A DNA stretch of 64,000 nucleotides from Rhodospirillaceae bacterium (lineage in GTDB: Bacteria; Pseudomonadota; Alphaproteobacteria; Rhodospirillales; UBA2165), in NCBI GenBank assembly GCA_018674495.1, contig JABHAA010000152.1, positions 198 through 64,197 on the forward strand, given 5' to 3'. Position 1 is the stretch's first letter. Each line of letters opens with the position of its first letter. A program made the position numbers and the translations under genes. Below the pieces are notes generated by a model. The model saw nothing but the letters and a program-made list of their open reading frames with translations. It searched no databases and had not been told where the DNA came from. This document shows, piece by piece, positions 29,855 through 39,516 of this stretch.

Positions 29855-30083
29855 CTATTCATCGACAAGCGCCATCAGTTCTTCCTCCGCGAAGGGTCTG
29901 GCAAGAACCATGTCGGCGCCGAATTTCTACGCCAATACTAGGAAATCTAAGTTCCGGGCACGGCCACCGCTGGAGATGCATATGATATTCAAATCGGGAT
30001 AGCCCCGTTTGAATTTGGTGATCGTTTGCACGCCTTCGTTTTCCGGAATGTTGAATTGTGAAAATACCCGCTCAAGACCAGCG
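29855..30083 (-). pseudogene. Truncated, stop-interrupted CheY-like receiver domain remnant
   Basis: The reverse strand reads ...VFSQFNIPENEGVQTITKFKRGYPDLNIICISSGGRARNLDFLVLA*KFGADMVLARPFAEEELMALVDE*. This matches the beta3-to-alpha5 receiver pattern (xMPxxxG, IIxxSGGG, GAxxxLxKPF). There is an in-frame TAG at 29928-29930 and no N-terminal half, and Gln and Arg sit at the expected Asp and Lys positions. Confidence 0.55.
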
Positions 30084-30920
30084 TCACGTTTCTTCAGCGT
30101 GCACAACCCGTGCCAGGGTCAGCACATCCACATCGCCAGCACCGGCGCGAAGGAGCGCATCGGCACATGTGGACACCGTGGCACCGGTGGTCATGACATC
30201 ATCGATCAGGACAATGCGCTTGCCCTCAATGCGACCCTTGGCGGATGCGTGTATATCGAACGCGCCCTTGACATTGCGCCAGCGGTTATGCGCCGACATG
30301 CGCACGTGCGGCTCGGTCTTGCGCCGCCGCATCAACGCCCGGGGCATAGCGCCGACGCCGCATTCCCGTTCCAGCGCCTGGGCCAGCAGCGCCGCCTGAT
30401 TGTAGCGCCGGGCGAAAAGCCGGGTCCAATGCAGCGGCACCGGGATCAACAGATCGGCGTCCTCCAGCAGAGGCGCACCGGCGCGCATCAGCCATTTGGC
30501 GAAAGTGCGGGCCGCGTGGGTTTGATCCGCATGCTTGAAGGCCAGCACCAGGCCGCGGCTGTCGGCATCATAGACAAATACCGCCCGCGCCCGCCCGTAG
30601 CGGGGCCGCGCCCGAGCGCAGGCACCGCACAAGGCATCCATACCGGCATCATACTCAAAAGGCCGCCCGCAGGCACCGCAATGAGGGCTGGCGATAAAAC
30701 GGACCGCCGGCCAGCAGCTTTGGCAAAGGGCGCCGTCGGTTTCGGTTAGCGCCCCGCACCGCAGGCATTGAGGCGGAAAAAGCGCATCCAAGGTGCCCTC
30801 CCACAGGGGCCTTAATGCAGGCGCTACCGTTCCTAGGAATGATCGTGTATCGCTGTTCGGCATTGTTCTTAAGGCCCATTTAAGCCAGTTTTCTTTAAAC
30901 GGCATGGAAGCGGGCCGCAT
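30084..30920 (-). CDS. comF: ComF-family protein (phosphoribosyltransferase domain)
   Basis: N-terminal Cys pairs (PPQCLRCG...CQSCW, CGACGRPF...CGAC) and the C-terminal PRTase motif IVLIDDVMTTGAT. The start is taken at an internal Met (30920, or 30905 or 30863), because the track ORF extension overlaps the divergent gene. Confidence 0.8.
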   Translation of the reverse strand: MRPASMPFKENWLKWALRTMPNSDTRSFLGTVAPALRPLWEGTLDALFPPQCLRCGALTETDGALCQSCWPAVRFIASPHCGACGRPFEYDAGMDALCGACARARPRYGRARAVFVYDADSRGLVLAFKHADQTHAARTFAKWLMRAGAPLLEDADLLIPVPLHWTRLFARRYNQAALLAQALERECGVGAMPRALMRRRKTEPHVRMSAHNRWRNVKGAFDIHASAKGRIEGKRIVLIDDVMTTGATVSTCADALLRAGAGDVDVLTLARVVHAEET

Positions 30921-30955
30921 TATGCGGGCCGCGCCGAAGGGCGGCAAGCAAGCCT

Positions 30956-31861
30956 GTGAATGAAGTAGCTCAAATCTTTGACCGCAACCTGTTGCGCCGC
31001 CGCCGGGACCGCGCCGCGCCCAATTTCGACGATTTCGATTTCTTAGCGCGCCGGGTAGGCGAATTGACCGCCGATTGTCTAGAAGATATCCGCCGCCAAT
31101 TCCCGACGGCACTCGAACTTGGCTGCCGCACCGGCCAGATGGCGGAAATATTGCAGGGGCGCTCAGGCATCGAAACCCTGGTGCAATCGGATTTATCGGA
31201 AGCCATGGCATCACGGGCGAAAGGCGGGGCCGGCGGTCTGACCATCGCCGCCGACGAAGAAGCCTTGCCCTTTGCCGAGCAAAGCTTCGATCTGGTAATC
31301 AGTTGCTTAGCGCTGCATTGGGTCAATGATCTGCCCGGCGCACTGATCCAGATACGCCGCGCTCTGAAACCCGATGGTCTGTTTCTGGCAGCGTTCATGG
31401 GCGGCGCCACTTTGGCCGAATTGCGCGCCGCCTTGCTGGACGCGGAAACCGAAATGGAAGGCGGCGCCTCCCCGCGCGTCTCGCCATTTGCCGATGTACG
31501 CGACGGCGGCGATCTATTACAGCGCGCCGGCTTCGCCCTCACGGTCGCCAACACCGAAAGTCTGGAGGTTTCGTTCCCGAGCCCGGCGGCGTTGTTGGCG
31601 GACCTCCGCGGCATGGGCGAAACCAACGCCACCATACAGCGGCGACGCTCATTCATGCGGAAATCCACGTTGGCAAGAGCAATGGCGCTGTATCAGGAGC
31701 GCCACGGCGATAGCGGCGGTCGCATCACTGCGACATTCGAAATTATATTCCTGACCGGCTGGGCCCCCGGCCCCGGCCAGAGCCAACCCCTGGCGCCGGG
31801 GTCGGGCCAGGTGTCATTAACCAAAGCCCTGAGCGGCGATGGCAATCAGGGCGGGGATTGA
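30956..31861 (+). CDS. Class I SAM-dependent methyltransferase (BioC / NDUFAF5-like)
   Basis: GTG start. Has FDRNLLRRRRDRAA, ALELGCRTG and FDLVISCLALHWVNDLPG. Divergent from comF, as is common in alphaproteobacteria. Confidence 0.75.
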   Translation: MNEVAQIFDRNLLRRRRDRAAPNFDDFDFLARRVGELTADCLEDIRRQFPTALELGCRTGQMAEILQGRSGIETLVQSDLSEAMASRAKGGAGGLTIAADEEALPFAEQSFDLVISCLALHWVNDLPGALIQIRRALKPDGLFLAAFMGGATLAELRAALLDAETEMEGGASPRVSPFADVRDGGDLLQRAGFALTVANTESLEVSFPSPAALLADLRGMGETNATIQRRRSFMRKSTLARAMALYQERHGDSGGRITATFEIIFLTGWAPGPGQSQPLAPGSGQVSLTKALSGDGNQGGD

Positions 31862-31892
31862 AGCTGGCCTGGCGCGGCGGTAGTTTGCATCT

Positions 31893-32603
31893 ATGCGTTA
31901 TCCCGCCCCCCTCATTCCCGGAAAATTGATCAAGCGATATAAACGCTTCCTGGCCGATATCACCCTTGAGGACGGCACCCAGATCACCGCCCATTGTGCC
32001 AATACCGGCACAATGTTGGGCGCCAAAGATCCGGGCTCCGAGGTCTGGGTCTCGCCCGCCAACAATCCCAAACGCAAATTGCAATATACCTGGGAGCTGG
32101 TGCGGACGCCTGGAGGGCTGGTCGGCATCAATACCGGCCACGCCAACCGCATCGCCGAGGAAGCCATTGCCGCCGGCGCTATTGCCGAGCTATGTGGCTA
32201 TAACGAAATCAAGCGCGAAGTGAAATACGGAAAAAATTCGCGCATCGATCTCTTGTTGTCGGGGCCCGGAAAACCCAATTGTTATGTAGAAGTGAAAAGT
32301 GTAACTCTGAAACGGAACGATATTGCGGAATTTCCCGATGCGATAACGGCGCGCGGCGCCAAGCATCTGGCCGAGCTTACCGATCAAGTGGCCGCTGGCA
32401 GCCGCGCGGTCATGCTCTATATGATGCAGCGCCGCGATGCGGATATGTTTGCCATCGCCGCCGATATCGATCCGAACTATGCCGAGGCGCTGGCCGCCGC
32501 CATGAAGGCTGGCGTTGAAGCCCTCTGTTACCGGTGCCGGGTTGCACCGGACGAAATTGTGATCGACGGCCCGGTTGCCATAGTTGCACCGGGCGGTGCA
32601 TAA
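31893..32603 (+). CDS. sfsA: Sugar fermentation stimulation protein SfsA
   Basis: MRYPAPLIPGKLIKRYKRFLADI...AHCANTGTM...VEVKSVTL is a typical SfsA pattern. Confidence 0.9.
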   Translation: MRYPAPLIPGKLIKRYKRFLADITLEDGTQITAHCANTGTMLGAKDPGSEVWVSPANNPKRKLQYTWELVRTPGGLVGINTGHANRIAEEAIAAGAIAELCGYNEIKREVKYGKNSRIDLLLSGPGKPNCYVEVKSVTLKRNDIAEFPDAITARGAKHLAELTDQVAAGSRAVMLYMMQRRDADMFAIAADIDPNYAEALAAAMKAGVEALCYRCRVAPDEIVIDGPVAIVAPGGA

Positions 32604-32672
32604 AAATGACCGTAGCAAAGCTGCCTGGGCTGTGGAATAATCCGCGCCGGGGGGGCCTAGGAGCGATGCAAA

Positions 32673-33467
32673 TTGGATGCTGAATCAAGATCAATAAAAA
32701 TCCATTCCGAGGAAGATTTTGCCGGAATGCGCAAGGCCGGACGCTTGGCGGCGGAAACCCTTGATATGATTGGTGAACATGTAACACCCGGCGTTACCAC
32801 CGAACGCCTGGATGCGCTGTGCGCCGAATTTGTTGCGGATCGCGGCGGTATCTCGGCGCCGATGAATTATCGTGGCTTTCCGAAATCCATCTGCACCTCG
32901 GTCAATCATGTGGTCTGCCACGGAATTCCGGGCGACAAGGTTCTGCTGGATGGCGATGTGGTCAATATCGATGTGACGCCGATCCTAGATGGCTGGCACG
33001 GCGATTCCAGCCGCATGTACCCGGTTGGCGAAACCTCGATCAAGGCCAACCGGCTGATCGACATCACCTATGAATCCATGATGAAGGGTATTGCCGTTGT
33101 GAAGCCCGGCGCCACCGTCGGCGACATCGGCCACGCCATCGAAAGTTTCGTCAGCCCGTACCGCTATTCCGTGGTGCGCGATTTTTGCGGCCACGGGCTT
33201 GGGCGTATCTTCCACGATGCGCCCAATATCCTGCATTTCGGACGCCCCGGCCAAGGCACCAGACTGCGCGAGGGGATGTTCTTCACTATCGAGCCGATGA
33301 TCAATATCGGCCGGCCCGAGGTGAAGATCCTGGGTGATGGCTGGACCGCGGTAACCAAAGACCGCTCCCTGTCGGCGCAGTTCGAGCATTCCATCGGCGT
33401 CACGGCGGATGGCTTTGAGATTTTCACCCTCTCGCCCGCTGAGCGCCACACGCCGCCCTACATATAA
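32673..33467 (+). CDS. map: Type I methionine aminopeptidase
   Basis: TTG start 9 nt after an AGGAG. Has FAGMRKAGRLAAETL, VCHGIP, DVVNIDV, CGHGLG, FTIEPM and QFEHS metal-ligand motifs. Confidence 0.92.
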   Translation: MDAESRSIKIHSEEDFAGMRKAGRLAAETLDMIGEHVTPGVTTERLDALCAEFVADRGGISAPMNYRGFPKSICTSVNHVVCHGIPGDKVLLDGDVVNIDVTPILDGWHGDSSRMYPVGETSIKANRLIDITYESMMKGIAVVKPGATVGDIGHAIESFVSPYRYSVVRDFCGHGLGRIFHDAPNILHFGRPGQGTRLREGMFFTIEPMINIGRPEVKILGDGWTAVTKDRSLSAQFEHSIGVTADGFEIFTLSPAERHTPPYI

Positions 33468-33483
33468 TGAACCCTCAAACCCG

Positions 33484-34164
33484 GTGAGCGACAAGGCACA
33501 ACATACCGGCCATCGGGCGCGGCTTCGGAGCCGCTTCTTGAAGGGCGGCGAAGAGGCTCTGCCTGATTACGAAATGCTGGAGCTGATATTGTTCCTTGCG
33601 CAGCCAAGGGGCGATACGAAACCGCTGGCCAAGCAATTGATCGCGCGCTTCGGCAGCTACGCCGCCGTGATCAGCGCCGAGCCCAAAGAATTGAAGGAGA
33701 TAACCGGCATCGGCGACGCCGCCGTCGTGGCCTTGAAAACGGTGCGCGATGCCGCCGTGCGGCTGGCCCGCGAAGAAATTATCGGCGCGCCGGTATTATC
33801 ATCGTGGCAGGCGCTGATCGATTATTGCCGGGCCACCATGGGCCACGCCAAGCAAGAACAGTTCCGCCTGTTCTATCTCAACAAGAAGAACGTGGTGATC
33901 GCCGACGAGTTGCAGCAGACCGGCACCGTCGATCATACCGCGGTCTATCCCCGCGAAGTGGTGAAACGGGCGCTGGATTTGGGCGCCACCGCGATCATCA
34001 TGGTGCACAATCACCCATCCGGCGATACCAAGCCGTCGAGGGGCGATATCGAAATGACCCTGGAAGTGAAAGAGGTGTCCGAAAAGCTCGGTATCCGCCT
34101 CCACGATCACGTCATCATCGCCAAATCCGGCGCCACCAGTTTCAAATCCCAAGGTCTGTTGTAA
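33484..34164 (+). CDS. radC: RadC-family JAB/MPN-domain protein
   Basis: GTG at 33484, after the map stop. Has HRARLRSRFLKGG...DYEMLELILF, an HhH region, and the C-terminal JAMM motif HNHPSGDTKPSRGD. Confidence 0.85.
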   Translation: MSDKAQHTGHRARLRSRFLKGGEEALPDYEMLELILFLAQPRGDTKPLAKQLIARFGSYAAVISAEPKELKEITGIGDAAVVALKTVRDAAVRLAREEIIGAPVLSSWQALIDYCRATMGHAKQEQFRLFYLNKKNVVIADELQQTGTVDHTAVYPREVVKRALDLGATAIIMVHNHPSGDTKPSRGDIEMTLEVKEVSEKLGIRLHDHVIIAKSGATSFKSQGLL

Positions 34165-34345
34165 GCCGCCGTCAATTTTCGGTTATCGGCATTCGTGACC
34201 TCGCCAAAACCGGGTAATTGGTCGGCCTTTGCGCCGATTTCGAGAACCAATAATAACGGCGAATTTTTGTCCGCCATTCCTTGAATTCAGCGGTTCCCGC
34301 TCCCAACTATAAGAAACGAAATTAAACAACGGACCGCGTGATAGT

Positions 34346-35761
34346 ATGAACCAACCAGCACTTATCAGCGACACCGATAAGCGACCCCTGAATACCGCCT
34401 CGAATAACGAACGCCGGTCGCGCGGCGTGCGTTTTTCCGAAGTTAGTATTCCCAACATTCTGAACTTCTATCCCGACCTCGCCTGCCTGTTCCGGGACGG
34501 TAAGATCACGCACATGAACCGCTCGGGCGCCGCGCTGTTGGGTCTCAAGGACGACAATGACGCCTCGGGCTACCGCATGGCTGACCTCCTGGTGCAGGAA
34601 TTCTCCGATGTAGCCGATGAGATAGTGGCCCAAATGCTGGACAACGGCGAGCCATTTTCGGCCAGGATCCGGACCGAAACGGGCCAATCCCTCAGCGTCA
34701 AAATGACCGCCCAATGGGCGCGCGAGATCGATGACGACGCTTTTGTGCTCTGCGCCCAGGATATTACCCAGCGGCTGGAATTGCTGGACGATATCAAACG
34801 CTCGGAAGAAAAATTCCGCCATCTGGTGGACAATGCCCTCGATCTGGTTTGCGCGGTCGAGGCCGGGCGTATCACCTTCGTCAACCGGACCGGTCTCGAT
34901 ATGCTGCATGCATCCTCGGCGGCGGAACTGATCGGGCGCAACGTGGCCGAATTGTTCAGCGCCGACTACCGGCAGATTTTTACCGATGCGCTGGCCGAGC
35001 TTAGCGTCGAAGACGGGCTTATGCCGGCCAAGCTTTTGCGTCTGGATTTGGTTCCCTTTGATGCCCATGTCACCGTCAGCCGCCTGGCCCATCTCGGCCC
35101 GGATTTTTTCGTCATCCAGGCGCGCGACATATCCGAACACCGGCGCGCCGTGATGGCGCTGCATAGCGCCAATCTAGATCTGGAGGTTCGCGTGCGCTCC
35201 CGCACCCGCGATCTCGAAGACGAGGTCGAGCGCCGCCGTACGGCAGAAGAAAAACTGCGCGACATGGCCAACCATGACAACCTGACCGGCCTTCCCAACC
35301 GCGGCCATCTGCTGGACGTGCTGCAAATGGAGATTGAGGCCGCCGAGGAAAAGCCGCGCATGATGGCGGTCATGTACGTGGATTTGGATGGCTTCAAAGC
35401 GGTTAATGATACCCTCGGCCACAACGCCGGTGACATGGCGTTGAAGATCGTCGCGCAACGGCTCAAGGGCTGCATCAGGAAATCGGATGTGGCGGCGCGC
35501 CTCGGCGGCGACGAATTTGTGGTGGTGTTGCGCAACGTCAAAACCATTTCCATCGTTGAAAGCCGGGCCAGGGAAATCGTCGAAATGATGGGCGAGCCGT
35601 TCGACGTGGGCGGCGCGCGCCCGGCCGAGATCGGCGCCAGCGTCGGCGTTGCCTTATTCCCCAATGATGGCGCCACCCCCGATACGCTGCTGAAAGCTGC
35701 CGACGGCGCCATGTACGGCGTCAAGGCAGGTGGTAAAAACGCGGTTGCCTTCGCGTCTTAG
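34346..35761 (+). CDS. PAS-domain diguanylate cyclase (GGDEF)
   Basis: Two PAS-like segments, a coiled linker, then DNLTGLPNRG and the active site LGGDEFVVVL. Confidence 0.85.
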   Translation: MNQPALISDTDKRPLNTASNNERRSRGVRFSEVSIPNILNFYPDLACLFRDGKITHMNRSGAALLGLKDDNDASGYRMADLLVQEFSDVADEIVAQMLDNGEPFSARIRTETGQSLSVKMTAQWAREIDDDAFVLCAQDITQRLELLDDIKRSEEKFRHLVDNALDLVCAVEAGRITFVNRTGLDMLHASSAAELIGRNVAELFSADYRQIFTDALAELSVEDGLMPAKLLRLDLVPFDAHVTVSRLAHLGPDFFVIQARDISEHRRAVMALHSANLDLEVRVRSRTRDLEDEVERRRTAEEKLRDMANHDNLTGLPNRGHLLDVLQMEIEAAEEKPRMMAVMYVDLDGFKAVNDTLGHNAGDMALKIVAQRLKGCIRKSDVAARLGGDEFVVVLRNVKTISIVESRAREIVEMMGEPFDVGGARPAEIGASVGVALFPNDGATPDTLLKAADGAMYGVKAGGKNAVAFAS

Positions 35762-35804
35762 CAGGCGATCAATGTCTGGGCGTGCAATGCCGCCCTAGGC
35801 CGCT

Positions 35805-37055
35805 ATGCTGACGTCCATGCGGTTGTTTTTCGTCATTCGTATCTTCCTGCCGTTCGCCGCCGGCTACTACCTGTCCTACACCTTCCGTACCATCAACGCC
35901 GTCATCGCGCCGGAACTGGCCCGCGATATCGGTATCGATGCCGCCGGGCTTGGGCTGCTGACCAGTGTCTATCTGCTGACATTCGCCGCGTTTCAGATAC
36001 CCTTGGGCGTCTTGCTGGACCGCTATGGCCCGAAATCGACCCAGGTTGTTTTGTTGATGTTCGCGGTTCTGGGCGCCGTCATATTTGCCGGCGCCGAAAG
36101 CGCCAGTGGGCTGATCCTCGGGCGGGCGCTGATCGGGTTCGGCGTATCGGGCTGTCTGATGGCGTCGTTCAAGGCGTTCGTGCAATATTTCCCGCGCCAC
36201 CATCTACCCCTGGCCAACGGCATCATTTTCATGATCGGCGGCATCGGCGCTATGTCCTCGACGACCCCGGTCGAGGCGGCGTTGGGGATCACCGATTGGC
36301 GGGTTGTGTTTCTGTGGCTGGCGGCACTGACCGCAGGCACCGCCGTGCTGGTCGCCGTTATGGTTCCGCCGCGCCCCGAACGAAGCGCCGGCACCCAAGA
36401 ATCTCTGGCCGCCAGCCTCAAAGGCTTCGGCGCCGTCATCCGCCATCCCAAATTCTTGCGCTACGCGCCGCTTTCGGTGCTTTGTTCGGGCATGCTGATG
36501 GCGCTGCTGGGACTTTGGGCTGGGCCCTGGCTGCGCGACGTGGGTGGGCTTTCAAGGGGCGCCGCCGCCAATGCCTTGTTCCTGGCGTTCGGCGCTATGA
36601 CAATCAGCTATTTCTCATCGGGTTGGCTGGCGGGGCGTGTGCAGGCGCGCGGCATCGGGCTTGAAAAACTGTCGGTGACTGGCATGTGCCTCTATATGGC
36701 GGTGCAAGCCTTGATCGCCTTCGATCTGGGCTCTGGTGCCGACATTTGGTCGATCGCCCTTTGGGTATTGTTTGCCACCTTCGGCACCGCCGGCAGCCTG
36801 ATCTATGCGGGGCTGGCGGGCGCCTTTCCGCCGGAACTGGCGGGCCGGGTCAACACGGCGCTTAACCTGCTGGTATTCCTTGTCGCCTTCGCCGCCCAAT
36901 GGGGCATCGGCGTGATCATCAATTACTGGCCCGCCGAGGCGTCCGGACGCTTCGACGCCGAAGCCTATGCCGCCGCATTCTTGGTTGCGCTGGCTGCGCA
37001 AGGCGCCGGCCTTTTGTGGCTAATCGCCATGCCGCTGATTTGGCGGCAACGCTAG
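35805..37055 (+). CDS. MFS transporter
   Basis: 416 aa with a 12-TM pattern and the loop motif GVLLDRYGPK. Confidence 0.8.
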   Translation: MLTSMRLFFVIRIFLPFAAGYYLSYTFRTINAVIAPELARDIGIDAAGLGLLTSVYLLTFAAFQIPLGVLLDRYGPKSTQVVLLMFAVLGAVIFAGAESASGLILGRALIGFGVSGCLMASFKAFVQYFPRHHLPLANGIIFMIGGIGAMSSTTPVEAALGITDWRVVFLWLAALTAGTAVLVAVMVPPRPERSAGTQESLAASLKGFGAVIRHPKFLRYAPLSVLCSGMLMALLGLWAGPWLRDVGGLSRGAAANALFLAFGAMTISYFSSGWLAGRVQARGIGLEKLSVTGMCLYMAVQALIAFDLGSGADIWSIALWVLFATFGTAGSLIYAGLAGAFPPELAGRVNTALNLLVFLVAFAAQWGIGVIINYWPAEASGRFDAEAYAAAFLVALAAQGAGLLWLIAMPLIWRQR

Positions 37056-39373
37056 TCTTTGGCGGCGGCTTTTTGCATCGCTTGCCAGACGGTTTCGGCC
37101 GTCGCCGGCATCGGGATATCGGTAACGCCCAAGGGCCGAAGCGCATCCAAAATAGCGTTGATCACCGCCGGCGGCGCCGCCAGGCAACCATTTTCGCCGG
37201 CGCCCTTGATACCGAGGGGGTTGGCTTGGCTCAGGCTCGGCGCCAACCCCAATTCCATCGCCGGAATATCGGCGGCGCGCGGCAGGGCGTAATCCATTAA
37301 CGAGCCGGAGAGCATCTGGCCGCTTTCCCCATCGTAAGTGACCGCTTCCAGTAGCGCCTGGCCGATACCTTGAGCGACACCGCCATGGATCTGCCCGGCC
37401 ACCAATTTCGGATTGACCGCCACACCCACATCGTCGAAGGCGGTGTAGGCGGTGATCTCGACCGCCCCGGTTTCGGGATCAATCTCGACCTCGGCCAGAT
37501 GGCAGCCGTTGGGAAAATTGAATGGCCCTTCGAACACGGCGGACGCTTCCAGCCCGGCGCCGGAGCCGGGTGGCAGACCAATCGGCTGATAAGCGGCGGC
37601 GGCCACTGCGCCCAATGCAAGGGCCCGGTCGGTGCCGGCGACGCGAAATTCGCCGTCTTCGAAATCCACATCGCTGGCCGGCGCTTCCAGCAAATGGCCG
37701 GCGATTTTTTTGCCCTTTTCGATCACGTCATCGGCGGCCATTTTGAGGGCTGAGCCGCCCATCGACATGGAGCGCGACCCGAACGAGCCGCGGCCAAAGG
37801 CCACCCGGTCGGTGTCACCCTGCACCACCATTACATGATCCAGCGGCACCCCCAGCCAATCGGACACCATCTGCGCATAGACCGTCTCATGCCCCTGGCC
37901 ATAGGAAAACGTACCGGCCAGCACCGTCACCCGGCCCGATGCATCCAGGCGCATTTCCATGCGCTCCGAAAACGCCGTGATGGCGAGAATATAAAACCCC
38001 ATGCCCAGCCCGCGAAGCCGCCCCCTGGATTCCGCGTTGGCGCGGCGGGCCTTGAACCCGTCGTAATCGGCCGCCCCACATGCCGCCTCCAGAAGCACTT
38101 CGAAATCGCCACTATCGTAGGTATATTGCAGCGGTGTCTGATAGGGCATGGCGTCGGCTGGGATCAGGTTGCGGCGGCGCAATTCGGCGGCGTCCAGGCT
38201 TAGGGCTACCGCCGCATCGTCCATCATGCGTTCGATAAAATGCACCGCTTCGGGCAGCCCCGCCCCCCGGTAGGGCCCCAAGGGTGCGGTGTGGGTAAAG
38301 GCGGTGCGCACCGTCACATGGATGGCCGGAATGGCATAGACGTTGGACATATTAACGGCGGCGCGCAACGACGACACCATCGCCGATATGGTCTGATAGG
38401 CGCCGAGATTGGTGGTCAGGGTCATTTCGAGCGCGGTTATGCGCCCATCTTCATCGAACGCCATTTCGCCTTCGTCGGTCTGGTCGCGGGCGTGGGCATC
38501 AGCGGTCAGGTTATCGCTGCGCTCCCCCACCCATTTTACCGGCCGGCCCAGCTTTTCCGATGCCCACAAGACTAGCGCGTCTTCTGGATACACTGTGCCC
38601 CGTTGGCCGAAGCCACCGCCCACGTCGGGGCAGATAATATGGAAATCGGTTTCGGGGCGCTGGAAAACGGCGGCGGCCAGAACCTGGCGCAAGGTATGCG
38701 GCTTCTGGCAGGTGGAATAGAGGGTCAGGCGCCCACCGCTTGCATCCCCAATGGTTGCGCGCAGCTCCAACGGCACGGCGGACACACGCTGGTTCTGAAC
38801 GGAGATGCGCTGCACATGATGAGCGCCCGCCAGACCCGTCGCTACGGCGCCCTCGTCGCCCATTTGGGTAGAGAAGCCAAGATTACCGGTGGCGCCTGGC
38901 CAAACCTCCGGCGCGCCTTCGGCCATGGCCTCCTTCGCCGACAAAACATGCGGCAGGGGCGCATAGTCTATTTGTATCAGCTCGGCAGCGCTTTTCGCCG
39001 CGTCCAGGCTTTCCGCCACTACCAGCGCCACCCGGTCACCCACATGGCGCACCAATTGGTTGGCCAGCACCGGTTGATGGGTGCGAAAGCCGGGCAGCCA
39101 GCCGCCGTCACCCTGCAATTGGGTACACGGAATGCCGCTGAGCCCATCGGCTTCCGTGTCCTTGCCGGTCGCCACGAGAAGCACGCCGGACGCCGCAGCG
39201 GCGGCCCCCACATCGATGGAAATGATTTCCGCAGACGGATGGGGCGCGCCGACCACATAAGCATGAACCTGGTCGGGGAGCGTGATATCGCCGACGAAGC
39301 GGCCCTGCCCGGTCAGGAAGCGCGCATCCTCCAGACGATTGACGGATGTCCCGATGCCGGTTTCGTTGCCCAT
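37052..39373 (-). CDS. Molybdopterin-binding large subunit of a xanthine dehydrogenase / aldehyde oxidase / CoxL-family hydroxylase
   Basis: 773 aa with N-terminal VNRLEDARFLTGQGRFVGD, GGGFGQRG, GPYRGAG and GETHIRI-free Moco-binding domains typical of the family. Confidence 0.88.
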   Translation of the reverse strand: MGNETGIGTSVNRLEDARFLTGQGRFVGDITLPDQVHAYVVGAPHPSAEIISIDVGAAAAASGVLLVATGKDTEADGLSGIPCTQLQGDGGWLPGFRTHQPVLANQLVRHVGDRVALVVAESLDAAKSAAELIQIDYAPLPHVLSAKEAMAEGAPEVWPGATGNLGFSTQMGDEGAVATGLAGAHHVQRISVQNQRVSAVPLELRATIGDASGGRLTLYSTCQKPHTLRQVLAAAVFQRPETDFHIICPDVGGGFGQRGTVYPEDALVLWASEKLGRPVKWVGERSDNLTADAHARDQTDEGEMAFDEDGRITALEMTLTTNLGAYQTISAMVSSLRAAVNMSNVYAIPAIHVTVRTAFTHTAPLGPYRGAGLPEAVHFIERMMDDAAVALSLDAAELRRRNLIPADAMPYQTPLQYTYDSGDFEVLLEAACGAADYDGFKARRANAESRGRLRGLGMGFYILAITAFSERMEMRLDASGRVTVLAGTFSYGQGHETVYAQMVSDWLGVPLDHVMVVQGDTDRVAFGRGSFGSRSMSMGGSALKMAADDVIEKGKKIAGHLLEAPASDVDFEDGEFRVAGTDRALALGAVAAAAYQPIGLPPGSGAGLEASAVFEGPFNFPNGCHLAEVEIDPETGAVEITAYTAFDDVGVAVNPKLVAGQIHGGVAQGIGQALLEAVTYDGESGQMLSGSLMDYALPRAADIPAMELGLAPSLSQANPLGIKGAGENGCLAAPPAVINAILDALRPLGVTDIPMPATAETVWQAMQKAAAKD

Positions 39374-39516
39374 TTGCGTGCCCCCTTAGCCTTACCGGTC
39401 GATCATAAACCGTTTCGTCTTTTTGCCCAACCGGCCCCGGCCTGATAGAATGCGGGGGCAACAATTCAGGACCGCGCCGGTTGCCCGGTCCCAAACCAAG
39501 CCATGAAAGTTCATCG

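Noticed and set aside
32649-32655. G7 run just upstream of map
   Set aside because: It lies upstream of a good AGGAG SD and the TTG start and does not link alternative frames, so it is likely inconsequential.
37052-37055. Convergent MFS and Mo-hydroxylase genes share a CTAG in which both stop codons overlap
   Set aside because: This is a curiosity of tight packing. TAG read on both strands of the CTAG palindrome needs no special explanation.
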